Made by a program: the position numbers and the translations under genes
Notes under the pieces: model-generated
Seen by the model: the letters and a program-made list of their open reading frames with translations, nothing else
Database searches by the model: none
What the model was told of the DNA's origin: nothing
Shown: one piece after another, positions 38,501 to 51,000 of the stretch
How the letters are laid out: the number at the start of each line of letters is the position of its first letter
Position numbering within the stretch: the first letter of the stretch is position 1
Origin: Lingula anatina
Taxonomy: Eukaryota; Animalia; Brachiopoda
Direction: 5' to 3'
DNA: 64,000 nt
NCBI GenBank assembly: GCA_051362555.1
Contig: CM120649.1
Span: forward strand, 16,816,567 to 16,880,566

Positions 38501-41500
38501 TGTGAACTTTTTTTGTGTGAACAGGGTATTTGGTGATTTGCTTCCCTCACTGAAAATAACTACTGTGATCATTTCTACTTCACTGATACTCACTTGTATT
38601 CACCCAAACAGGTCCAGTGGTCCCACAAGCCGGTGACCCAGGACAGGCTGTAGGCATATGAAAAATGGCGGAGTGACCTATCTTATACCAGGTCCTCAGC
38701 AGTGTAGAGTCACATTTAGGTTCTGCGGTGAAGTTCGTATTATTTGTGCTCCTCTCAAAACCCACCGCGAGTTCCCTTGTGATTTGACAGGGGTCAAAGG
38801 CTGAATAATAAACAAGACCAGAAAAATATGATAAGTTGGTGAACAAGTGGGTCCAACACTTATATTGAGGATCTTGGATTTTTTCCATTACATTGGCGAC
38901 ATGACATCGCAGTTCGAGTCGTAAATTCGGCGTTCGCGATCACTAACCCGAGGCTCGGGATCACGTACGGCAAATTGGTTTATAACTTTTAAGGCCCGAG
39001 TTCGCATTGCGGCGATCGTGACTTACTTTCGTTACAGGTAGGTCCGTGGTAAGGCGGCTGGCATTTGCAGGTGTCGGGAGCTATACATTCACCGTTATTC
39101 TCACACCCCGCTGTACAAACGGCTAAAACACAAATTCAGCTATCGGAATAATTTATCTAACATTTCAAATGAAAAATAAAGAAAAGGGACAAACTAGTTA
39201 CCGTTCATCTGAGGACACCATTTTAATAAAAACACACATGTATTTTGGTTTTGTTAATATATTAGGACACATTCATGCCTAATTCAGGCAGCGTTACCAG
39301 TTCCGCTTACTTTAAAATATTCTATAAATGTTCTTAATGCATATAACTTCGTTATTTAAGTTTTTTTTTCGAATAATATTACAAACAAACCAAGAGTTTT
39401 AACTGAGTTTTTATAACTTAATTCTACAGAAGAATATGTCACATCGACTCACGTATGTCGCAGCTACTAGTGTTTGTGGCGTTGTCTCCTGCAGACCACC
39501 CCTCACAGCAGTACTCTACTGTCACATTGAGCGCGACATATTCTAGGCTGTATGTACTGCAGGAGTAGTATCTGGAAAGACAACACAACGATGTGTTTCT
39601 TGCAGGTCAAAATATTAGGCTGCGTTCACATGAAAAATCTCAATTCTAAAAACCTAAAACTCCATTGGCGGTATCTAGTGATCACGGTCTGTGCCCTGAA
39701 TACCCCGCGGTGTAATTAACTAGCAGAGCAAGCGAGTTACTTCCAAAGCTGTAATTAAATCTCGGTTGCGCTCAGAGGAAATTCTGATACCTGGACGCAT
39801 GTGCAGAGAGAAAGAAAATGACGGTCGCGGTTGCTTTGAAAAATGTGTTTGTCGATTTTCTGCAACAACAAGACGAAGAAGATAAGGTCCATATACACAC
39901 GACAGATATGAGTGCAAACTGACGAAATCCACAGTTTAGAGATACAACTGCGCGTCCAGGCGTCAGAATCTCCTCCGGGCGCAGCCGAGATTTAATTACA
40001 GCTTTGGAAACGACTCGCTCGCGCTGCTAGTTAATTACGCCGCGGGGTATTCAGGGCACAGACCATGATCAGTAAATACCGCCAATGGATTTTTAGGTTT
40101 TTAGAATTTAGAATTTTCATGTCAACGCAGCCCTAAATCAGTTATTCAGCGTCAATGTCCAGAGCTGGCTTAAATGTTGGTAATTTTGAAAACATGGAGA
40201 TAAAAAAAACGTTTTTAATGGTTGTATGATGACTCAAAATCAGCCAAGTATTTTTATTCGCTTCATTGATGAATTCAATGAAAGACTTGGACCCTGTTCA
40301 TGACGGGCGTTTTGAACTAACCGACGTTTAAATCTAGCGCTTAACTTATACAACCGTGTGTCAAAAACAGCGTTTTGCACTAAGAGTTAAATCTCCTAAG
40401 TGGTCGGTTAATGTTAGTTCGAAAGGGAAGTCTAGGTTTCTTAAACTTTGATTAAATATGAAAAATCTCCTGAGGCTGGTTAGGAATCTTCAAAAATTCA
40501 GGTCTGATTAAGAAGCAGGGAGAATTTCAGAAGAAATGATTCACTTCTGTCAGAGCAAATGATTAGGAAAGTTCCATAAGCTACAATCATTTTGAAAAGA
40601 TTATGTGAAAATTTTAATAATTAAAAAAAAAGATTCATAAATGCGATTTAATTCTTTGTTTTCATTATTCAATTTGGATAAATCGAAGACAAATAATTTG
40701 GAAAGTATATTTCATATGTTAAGTCTGTAAGTATTTAAATAATAATAATTGTCCGGTTAAAGCATGTGTAAATATATATTTGCTGCAGCCCGCACGCAAC
40801 TTGTTAGTTTACTTAATATTACTTCAACGTAGTGCTGTTGTATTGTGTTTATTTACAAACCTGTTTAGCGCGTTGTGAAAACGGTGATAATTTTTAGCTC
40901 TTCTTGCAGCGAGTCTATGTACGTTTTAATGTTTTTGTTCCTCCTAAAAGAGTCTCCATTTTGAATTGAGTATTGATTTCAGGAGAGCAAACCGCAGTGG
41001 AGGTGAATCAATACATCCATTTGTGCATTCAGTTATGTAAAGTGAAGTCGAACAAAAAAGCGTTGCTACCTTTAAGCCTACAGCTTGGGGCTTGTATACA
41101 GACCCATATTCTTACGTGCGCGTAAGATTTAAAGAGATTTTGTGGAAATCTTTAATAAGGTTAAAAAGTACCGGCAAGTGGTCCTTCGATTTTTTTATTA
41201 CAAGATTATTCATTTTGGTCTATCAACGTCTCATGATCCCCCTAATTTTTGTCCAATGTTTGTGGAGTTTGTAATATACATGAAGGACTATGTTCATGTT
41301 TATCAGGGGCGCTAAAAATAAGTTTTCATTATCTGGTTTCGTTTCTCATAAATGATTCTGGAAACTTATAACTAGTGTCGTATTCAAAAACTATTTTTGA
41401 GACTAGAAACAAGTGCGGTTTTTCAAAAAAAAATAATAATCTGGTAACTAAAAATTAGCAGTGCTCAGTCATTTAATTAAGCGGCAAAATACCTATCACA

Positions 41501-42739
41501 TCTGCTCCATCCCAAGAATCCACATGATCTGTAATATCTACAATATCGATAATATTGTGCACTTCTTGTGAAGTTCCTCTCTTCTGTTCTGTTGCAAACA
41601 TGTCTGAAAAATAATGGGAAAAAATCTGTATTCTGTCTAGTGTACAATGTACATTGGAGTTTCAAAAATGTGAGACGTGTTAGGAAAATAATAAAGAAAT
41701 GAGAAGGTAGTTCGTCATAAATGTTATTTAATTAAATCAAACTTGACTGAATGATTAAAGAAAAAATATGTCTGAAAATCTTTAAAATGTGCAAAACCTG
41801 TGTTAAGAATCATGTAGAACTAGTGTTTGCAGAAGCAATCTTATCTCATTCAAACGACATTTTTCTTGTATTTGGAATATGTCTTTTTTGTTATCAACAA
41901 AATTGTCTTAAGTATGCCATGCTTGACACTTCATCAGAAATATAAAGGCATTCGATATCAGGCATTGAAATGGCAACATATGAGAATAATTTAACATGAA
42001 CTTCGAGTTTAAATGCTGTATTTTGAAAGCATCATTAAGGGTCATTTAAAATTTGACACCAAGTCAATCAGAAGGTTCTCTAAATTTGTTTCGTCTTGGG
42101 CGGATAAAACGTTAATAACGTTCAAGCATTTAATTCTCCCCCTTTGGCAGTGAGCTGCATTGAAGAAGAACTTACTTGCTTGACACTAAGGCTCTGTTCA
42201 CATGAAAAATCTATGTTCTAAAATTCTAAAAATCTATTTGCGGTATCTTGTGATCACGGTCTGTGCTCTGAATACCCCGCGGCGTAATTACTGGCAGCGC
42301 CGAGAATTAATAACAACTTTGGAAGTAACTGGCTCGCTCTGCCCGTAATTACGCAGTGGGGTATTCAGGACACAGATCGTGATCACAAGACACCGCAAAT
42401 AGATTTTTTAGATTTTTAGAAAATAGATTTTTCATGTGAGCGGTCCCTAAGCATGCAGACCCGGGAATCTATTCAGTGTCTAATAGGGAATTAAGCAACA
42501 AGCTATTGAGTGGGTGGCCATATTTGATCCGCGGATCTGTTAGTGACACTAAGCTGTTCGGAATGGGCTTAATGTCGAACAACTTTGTCGAAGGCGTCGG
42601 AGCACTATTGACATGCTAGCTGGGCCGGAGGTCTTCCTGCATGTTCTACTTACCCTGTTAATCCACTGGACACTCCAAAATATGACAGAAGGACCGTGGT
42701 AAAAATCCCTGTCACAGCGAGAATTATCCGCAGTGGCAT
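19526..42739 (-). CDS. Gene B (complete, about 2013 aa): SP-EMI-D10C-EGF-NIDO-AMOP-VWD-Ig-like-EGFs-TM type I membrane protein, MUC4/SUSD2-like
   Basis: 34 exons: 42654-42739, 41493-41603, 39453-39571, 38594-38800, 38050-38214, 37702-37782, 37125-37250, 36288-36413, 35434-35630, 34602-34766, 34189-34306, 33747-33889, 32966-33053, 32374-32547, 31735-31906, 31009-31177, 30303-30423, 29426-29560, 28748-29007, 28214-28382, 27558-27812, 26779-27008, 26226-26338, 25681-25880, 25390-25506, 24563-24682, 24257-24385, 23857-23979, 23574-23696, 23151-23254, 22488-22600, 21995-22188, 21080-21314, 19526-20579. Sum is 6042 nt (multiple of 3), all GT-AG, phases consistent. Confidence 0.9.
21080..21314 (-). 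CDS. Gene B transmembrane exon
   Basis: Stalk rich in N-glycosylation sequons (NAT repeats), then [28 protein letters not shown]. Confidence 0.88.
30826..30948. repeat. (TAAA)n tract with a local duplication of actacctaatgggtcagctggtatcat
   Basis: Directly visible direct repeat at about 30845 and 30922. Confidence 0.85.
38050..38800 (-). CDS. Gene B uromodulin/GP2/OIT3-type D8C/D10C cysteine-rich domain (2 exons)
   Basis: DPC...RS...[12 protein letters not shown]...[19 protein letters not shown]...ACV...CC...[25 protein letters not shown] reproduces the D10C cysteine/aromatic pattern. Confidence 0.85.
39453..41603 (-). CDS. Gene B EMI-like domain (exons 41493-41603 and 39453-39571)
   Basis: [62 protein letters not shown]...C matches the EMI pattern (N-terminal VC, CG.W..C, C-terminal CCxGW/Y). 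Confidence 0.72.
39618..40133. mobile_element. PIF/Harbinger (Tourist-like) MITE with ~180-bp terminal inverted repeats
   Basis: GGCTGCGTTCACATGAAAA ... TTTTCATGTCAACGCAGCCC, flanked by TTA/TAA, no ORF of note. Confidence 0.82.
42190..42447. mobile_element. Second, internally deleted copy of the same Harbinger-like MITE (near-palindrome)
   Basis: TAA|GGCTCTGTTCACATGAAAAATC ... GATTTTTCATGTGAGCGGTCCC|TAA; shares gtgatcacggtctgtg..ctgaataccccgcgg with the 39618 copy. Confidence 0.82.
42654..42739 (-). CDS. Gene B signal-peptide exon [29 protein letters not shown]
   Basis: Acceptor at 42759-60, ATG at 42739, hydrophobic core, phase-2 donor GG|GTAAGT that joins the EMI exon in frame. Confidence 0.8.
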
Positions 42740-42901
42740 TTTAGTGCCACAAATCAGTCTAAATTAAATGATAAAAAATCTGTTTGAAGATCGTTGTTCT
42801 TGCTACGTTAGTTGTGTCTCTCACATGCTGTCTGGTGAATAATAATGACACCACTACATCCACTACAGCTTAATTTAAAAATTGTGGAAAGCAGACCTTA
42901 C

Positions 42902-43000
42902 TGGGCGAAACCTCAGGCTTTCCTCACCTTTTGGAAAGATATCAAAAATATCAGCGCCGCACAAAACAGCACCGAATACGGGACGTCTGCGATTTCACAA
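42902..43000 (-). other. Probable non-coding 5' UTR exon of gene B (5' limit unknown); paralogous donor upstream of gene A at about 16251
   Basis: The donor context CCCA|GTAAGGTC occurs upstream of both signal-peptide exons, each of which has a splice acceptor just before its ATG. Confidence 0.45.
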
Positions 43001-45084
43001 TAACAAATACGGTGCAGCACATTTGTTGTGGTAGAAAACCTTTACAAAACGCGTTCATTCTTCACCGCAAACAAAGGTGCTTTTATAACTCCAAAAATGA
43101 TCTGCATGATGTTGGCTTTACTTAAATCTAACAATAAGTTCGTTTCATACGGGACGGAAAAAAACAACAACAATATTAACTTAATAAAAAGGCGCATTTT
43201 GGGGCGTATGTACAAGATGTATATAGAACATACGTGTATATTTTAACTCAATCAAGTTCGTTTCCGTACAATTCAAAGCCCTTTGAACTCAAGCGAGAAG
43301 GCATACGCGTTTTCAAAATGGCGAATGTTATTTACCAAATGTAGGTGAATTCAAGGAGTTATAACTCCTTGGTGAATTTTTATTCAAATGAGTGAATGAG
43401 GGTAGTTAAGAAGAAGGATACATGTAAGAAAGATGGGTGTCGGACGTACGAAAAATGAGAGAGAGACAGAGAGAGGAAAAAATCATACACTAATTATATA
43501 AAGCAGCTTTAAATAAAACAAAGAAATAGACCTCTAATACAAAAAGAGTAGTTTTTTTTTTAATTTGGGTTACTTAGATTAGTCTGTGTGTCACTGAAAG
43601 TGCGTGTGCGTACACACTGTATGAGAGGCGGAGAGTTCTTGCTCGCTTGGGTGGCGCGTGTTTATCTGAGAGAAAGAGAGAGAGAAGAAAGAGAGACAGA
43701 GGGAGGGATGGTGAGAGCGACTGAGAGTGTGTTTTTGTGGGGGGGGGGGAGAAAAAGAGAGAAATAGTGAGTCGTACACTTTTTTTACTGTAGCCTAAAT
43801 AGCAGTGTCAAATAAAGCAAAGAGGAAGACCTCAAGTATAAAAATGAACAGTTTAATTGCATTTGAAATACATAGATTTGTTTAATGAATGCCTTACCTT
43901 TCTTGTCTGATATATACAGATATTTGAAAGGCAACAAACCACAAGGAAGCGATCTGCGTTTATGTACAAACAGAAGCAAGGGGTAAATTGAGACATGACA
44001 CGGCCAGTTGCCGCAAAAAATTGTCCTAATTCTATTCTTATGAAACATAAAATTTTACACTGCACTGGTGGATCCAAGTAATGAAAAAGGCGGAGGGAGG
44101 GGGGTTAAAGAGAAACAAAACGTCACAAAAAATCATAAAACTTCCTCAAATTGAGCAATTCTCTTTTGCTAAGGCGAAATGGCGAAAAGTTTTATGTTCC
44201 CACCGGCATTGGAGTGTCTCTTGTCTTGTATTGTCTTCCTTACCTCCTTTAAGAAAATTGCACAGGAGCAATTTGACCAGTTTTAACTTGTTAAAACAAC
44301 AACAAACAGCCGATATGAAGAAAAATAAATGTATCATATTTTTTAAATGTAAAATCGACCTGGGTTTTGACCAAGTCGTCCATGTCTTTTCTTTGTTTTT
44401 CCCTTTTTTTGCTTAAAAAACTACAGTAGGATCCAACGGACTGAGGAATGGTAGGATTCTATATTGTTTTTACATTGACCTGTGCTGTCAGGAATATAAA
44501 CAATATAAAACTATAGTACATGCGTTTACTTATTTTACTTTTACATTTAATTACAATACATAGGTAATATAAAAAATATCACAAAAAATAACACACACAA
44601 TGAAAATCATGATCTAATGCTATTTAAATCACATTTTCTTGAATAAATATTTTTCAATTTATACGGCATTTTGGCTTAAAATACTGTACATACATGCACA
44701 GTGGAATTCTTCAATTTAACCAATTAATCCATAAGCATATTTATATATCACGTTTTTTAATTTACATGTAAGACTGTCTTAGATCAAACTCTAACGGTGG
44801 CTTATAATTACAGCAGTAAAATCGACCTTAATGTCAGTTATTCTCCTCTATCCTCCATCCATTGATCTTCCGTATTATCAAATGATATGCAAAAACGTAT
44901 ATTATCAACCTATATCAATCAAGATGATAACCTTTTGCCAGGCTTCATTTCACAATAACGGATCGCTGTTCTCACGGCGTGCTTGCGCATTTTTACCATA
45001 TGATGAGCTGCTGGAAGTATAACTACATGAAACCAAGAACGTGGGTCCTAAAATCATTGACATTTTTAAAACTAAATGCCATGT

Positions 45085-48000
45085 TCATTTTGTCTCGTTT
45101 CCCCAAGCCTTACGTGGCTGAAATGGCGGCTGAAATGGCGGTTCACGGGCATAATCATGTGGCGCTCCCTGTCTCCCAACAGCTCCTGTGTTCTCCTGCG
45201 TGGATCTTCCATATTTGCTGCGTTTTTTAGCGACATGAGGAGGGGTAAAATCATGAGATCCGCGTGGTGAACTGCGCCATCTATCTTTATCTCGGAAGTC
45301 GTCATAATCTACATCACTCCGGTCGCCGTGGCCTCTGTGATCATCATAATACAGAGCGTCGTGTCCGCCATGGTGGTAATCATCATGACCCCTTGGTCCT
45401 AAGACAAGGAATAAATAACTTTTTTATGCCTGTATCGTGGCACGCACGTCCACATTTTACACACAGTGCATGTGGCAGCAAATCCTTGCCATCTGCAGAG
45501 TATCATCAACACTTACATGTAAGAAGCAAGCCAAATGATTGCACGCGCATTGTGAAGTTTTACTGCCAACCCATTCAGAAGCACATTTCACAAACCGAAA
45601 TTATTACTCTGACCCGATCATGTTTTATCATAAATATTGAGGTAGGCAATATAGGTAGTCAAACTGAAAATACACTGCCATATATATATTATACGAGCAC
45701 CGCGGTTTTGTTTGAATTCATGAAGGTCGTGTCTGAAAAAACATTTGGATTAGATATTCTTTTGTCATCGTGTATGTATGGTATAGATGCGATAAAATTT
45801 GTCCCAATACCCATTAAAACGAGATATTTATATACGTGAAACAAACCTACCTGCACCTCTGTGTTGCCTGTCATCACAATCTCGCCCAATCTCGCGTTGC
45901 CCCCTTCCACCATCACCGTTATTATCGTCAAAAAGATAAATTTCGTCTTCAGAATCACTCTTGCTATCTTCGTCACTGTAAATCAACTGGATATTAGGGT
46001 GTGGCCATCTATCTTTCTGGTTTGAAGGGGCGGTGGAGTCGCAAACCATGGGGCTCGGCGCGGATTCTCTCCAGTTTACGTCACTCTCGAAGATGGTGCT
46101 TGGGTGTGATAGCCGTCTAGCGTTGTGGGTTGCAGGAACGTTAGCACTGCTTAACGTAGGGCTTGGTGGTAGTACTTCCACGTTTAGGTCACTCTCGAAC
46201 ATGGCAAAAGGGTGTGACAGCCGTCGACCTTTTTGCGTTGCGGGGACAGAAGTACTGCTCAGCGTAGGACTCGGTGGGGATAATTCTCCGTTGACGTTAC
46301 TCTCGAATATGGTAAAAGAGTGTGACAGCCGTCGACCTTTTTGGGTTGCGGGGACCGAAGTATTGCTTAGCGTAGGGCTAGGTGGGGATAATCTCCCGTT
46401 TACGTCACTCTCAAACATGGTAAAAGGATGTGACAGCCGTCGACCCTTTTGGGTTGCGGGGACAGACGTATTGCTCAGCGTTGGGCTCGGTGGGGCTAAT
46501 CCCCCCTTTCCATCACTTTCGATCATTATGACAGTAGGGTGTGACAGCAGTCTGCCTTTGTGGCCTGCAGGGTCAGCAGCACTGCTAAGCGTAGGGCTCG
46601 ACGGGAGTTCTTCCCCTTCTATGTCATTCTCGAACATGGTATCAGGATGTGAGAGCCGTCTTATTTTCTGGGATGCGAGATCAGTAGTATTGCTCAGCGT
46701 ACGGCTTGGCGGGGGTACTTCCTCTTTTATGTCATTCTCGAACATGGTATTAGAATGTGACAGTCGTCTTATTTTTTGGGCTGCAAGGACAGTGGCATCC
46801 CTAACCATGGGGCTGGATGAAGGTGCTTTCCTGTATGTGGCCTTTATTCCGTTATCTGTTTGTGGCTCAGAACTTGTGCCCACAGTCATATATTTTTGTG
46901 CATTGTGCGTTCTGGAAAAATAAACCAAAGTATATAAAACTAAATACATTTTCTTATACAAGTTTTAAGGGTAATGAAAGAAGAACAAGAAAGCATACCA
47001 AAATGAATTATTTCTGAAAATGTGCATAATTTATGAATGGGTTTTTTTCAGGAAATATGTCTAGAAAAAAGGAAAATTTTCAAAGAAAAGAGTAACTGTA
47101 CAAAAATATCATCGTTAGCATGCATTTTTCACAAGCTTTGGCCTCATACACAGAGAGTCTTTGTAAGCTCTTCAGAAAACAATTTTTATTGCTTTTTACA
47201 ATTAAACAACCAAAAGCTGAAAGTGTTTAGGATATTACAATTCATGTAGGGCATGTGGTACCGTGTGAGTGCCTTTGATAATAATATAATAATAATAATA
47301 ATAATTTATTAAGCCAATAAAATACAAATGTATAAAATCGGGAATCTTTTGCCCTGTAGTAGCGCCATTGAAATATAAAAAAAAAAAAAAATGAAAATTA
47401 AAATTACATGTTAGAGTTAAAAATAGTTACTGCCGAAGGATAAAAGCTATTTAAAAATCGCTTACTACCCTTAAAAGCTAAGAGTCTCGAATTGCTAGGT
47501 AAAAATTTAAAAAGGGTATGGGCTGGATGGGAACTGTCTGTCATTATTGATAATGTTTTCTTTTTAGTCCTGTCTAGATATATAGTATGGACGGGAGTTA
47601 GATCTGTTCCAATTACAATCCCTGCAGTTTCGACGATCTTTTCCAACTTGTTCCTCTCCTCCACAGTTGCACGTCCATACCAAACAGTTACTGAATAAGT
47701 TAAGATACTCTCTAAAACACACCTGTAAAAGTTCGTTAAAATAAACACATTTCTGGTAAAAGCTTTCAATTTCCTTAAGAAATACATTCGTTGACGTGCC
47801 TTTTTCAATAGCTTCGTGATGTTATCGCCCCAGGTTAACCTATTATTCAGCTGAACCCCTAGTAATTTATAATTAGAAACCTGTTCGACCGCTTTACCGT
47901 TAACTTCCAAGGGATTTTTACTTATCTGATTTCTTCTGAAGTCTATGATCATTTCTTTTGTTTTGCTCACATTTAATATCAAGTCATTGTCTGTGCACCA

Positions 48001-51000
48001 ATTTACTAAACTTGTAACCGACTGCCTGTATGACATCTCATCATTATGGTGTATCAAGCCGACTAAAGTTGTGTCATCGGCAAACTTCATTAAAAATGTA
48101 TTTTCCTCCCTCGCCACACAGTCGTGGGTGAATAACGTATATAAACAAGGTGATAAGACGCAGCCCTGGGGTGTGCCAGTGTTTAAAACTATAGTGTCCG
48201 AGAAGTTAAAACCGACTTTTACTGACTGTTTTCTGTTTAAAAGAAAATCTAAAATCCAATCGCAGAGTGCTGGTGGAAAATTAAGATCATCCAAAAGTTT
48301 AAAATACAATTTGCTTGGTACAATAGTATTAAATGCTGAGCTATAGTCAACAAATAAAATTCTAACATAGGCATTTTTACAATCAAGATGTTCGAGAACT
48401 TTGTGTAAACACATAGAAAGAGCATCGTCTACACTTCTGTTACTGCGGTAGGCAAATTGGAGTGGATCAAAGCTATTTGGCACTAAGGTTTTAATAAAAG
48501 ACAGAACAAGTTTTTCGAATATCTTCATAGGCACCGGTGTCAAAGCAACAGGACGGAGATCATTTAAATTCTCTACAGTTTTACTTTTTGGCACAGGTAT
48601 GATGATTGCTGTCTTCCATATTTCAGGCACTCTGCACATTTCAATTGACCAGTTGAATATTTCCGCGAACACATCTGAAAGCTGGGCTGCGCATTCCTTT
48701 AAAAGTCGTGATGTTATACCGTCAGGGCCTGGAGCTTTCCTGGTGTTTAAAGCCGAGAAATAACACTTGACTTGCCATGATTGAATAGTAAATGGCGGCA
48801 CGCGCTCCCCTAGGGTTGGTGTGTGGACCTGAGTGTGGTTGGTATAGAGAGGCCGATGGCGCTTGTCGTATTTGGAGCAGATCTTCTCTGATTGTCATTC
48901 ATGAACATGTTCATATGGGCCGTTTTGTTTGTCATTTTTAAAATTCTCAATTCACCGACCCCATTAATTGGCGTAAAGAAAAAATAGATATATACATGTA
49001 TGTTGAGCTTCAGATTTTGTCTAAGAAAGCACCTGTTAATGTATTTATTAGATATTTACCCTACCCTACCTACTTATATGCAACTGAATGCCTGTTATTA
49101 CTCGGCATAAAAGTTTGAAAAGCAAATTACCTGACACAAACAGCGGTAACTATTATGACAATAATGATAAACAGCAGCACGCTTCCACCAATCACGCCCC
49201 ATATCCAGTACGTTGTCTCCGCGCTATACGAAATCAAGCCCTCAGCTGGCGTCGTGGCGTTAACTGGTAGCGTGGTGGCGTTTGTGGCGTTTGAAGTGAC
49301 GGATGCCACCAGGAACCCAAGCTGCGTTATATCAACATTGCCTAGGATTAAAGTGACAATTGATGACCATGGGGTTGCTTTGCGAAGAAACATATATTAG
49401 GCTTGGACTATAAAAATCCAGATAGCCGACCAGGACTATGCATGTCAACTATGGAATATTAGCTATTTTTAAAAACATACAATGATAACTATCTGCCACC
49501 ATGAGAGTAACCTTCATTGTGCGTGATATTTGCATATCTGTCTTGCCTCATCACTTCTGGTGTAAATTTATATATACTGACAGTCAATGAAAACGCATCA
49601 TTTATTTATCAAATAAGTTCCTTTGGAACATTAAGAAAATAACAGTTTTATATATATCACCAATTACAAGAACAAATTAATAAAACGCACAAAAAATTAG
49701 TTCGTGCTTTGGTTTGCAACCGAAATAAAACAAAACAAAAGCACAGTTCCGAGCATAAGGTAAAACAAGTACATTGTACCTTACCTAGAGCGATCTGAAG
49801 GTCTGTCTGTGCGTCCTGCATGGCGGCAACCAAATCTGCGACAGGCAGTATGTCCCCGGTTTCTGTGAGCACGTAATAGGCCAGATCTATGGAGGTGGGG
49901 TCATCGCTAGATTGCGCTGGGTAACCAGGCACGCGCAGAACGAAGTTGTAGCTAAAGGTTGGGGTGAAGGTGGATCTCCTAAAAAACAATACGCGTCATG
50001 CCTTTACTTGTTGATTTTTGGCTTACTCTTTGTAATCTTACCTGTGGTGAAAGACTATATAATTCTAAAATAAACAATTATTTTGATAAGATTACGGGTG
50101 TTTCACTGTTTTACAAATACACCATTCAGTAATTCAGTACAATAATGATTATTTTTATTAATATACCCTCTTCTTAATGCAAATCAATAATTTAAAGTTT
50201 AAATTGCATTTTTATCTTCTGACTTTAAGTGTATTATATGCATATGAATATAATTACTTTCTTCGCGTTGTTGTTATTCCTGGTATCAAAGTACAGTTCC
50301 CGCCAGCGCAGTAGGTAGTTGCCGCGGAAGCTATCGTTGTAGTAACGGCCGTATCCACGGCAACCGTATACTGTCAAAGAGAAAGAATCATATTTAAGTC
50401 CAGCACTGGATAGATGGCATTACTCTTCCAAATAAGTAAAAATGCACGAATAGTGGAACTTATTATTATTAGCAAAAAAGAAATACTAACTTCCCTGGAA
50501 ACTTCAACAATTTCCCCATAGTAATCTTAACAAAAATGACGAGAAAATAAAAATTCCAAAACACCATATCTGAATTCCATTTTATAATTTTGAACGACCT
50601 CCAAAGCGGCCAGCTTCTACCACAAGTGGGGATTCCAGATTCCTACAAATTTACTCATTAAATCTCTCATGAATGAAGTGTCAAAGCTGAGGCCAGGATG
50701 TAACCATCAGTTCTAACATGTAGAAGCAGAAGAAATCTGTTCTGGGGTGTTGCTGAGAGATGGAGAAATAAAACAATAGCCACTACGGTCAGAATAACAA
50801 AAATAATGTCGATAGAGCTTTACATACACAAAACAAACAAAGTAATGAATTAAGACAACGGCTTCATAAACCTACGTGAGATATATCCATCTCAGCGGAC
50901 ATTTTAACAGCGTTCTCTCTCTCGGCTGTGCTTGGAGTCCTGGTCTCCGCAGCGACCGGCATGACGTCATCAGCCAATTCTAAATAGATTAAATGAAAAA

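Noticed and set aside
38900-39130. GC-richer stretch vaguely resembling a tRNA-derived SINE
   Set aside because: No clear A/B boxes or cloverleaf; cannot be supported without a repeat library.
46033-46923. 296-aa plus-strand ORF (and 19818-20237)
   Set aside because: Antisense shadows of the cytoplasmic repeat exons.
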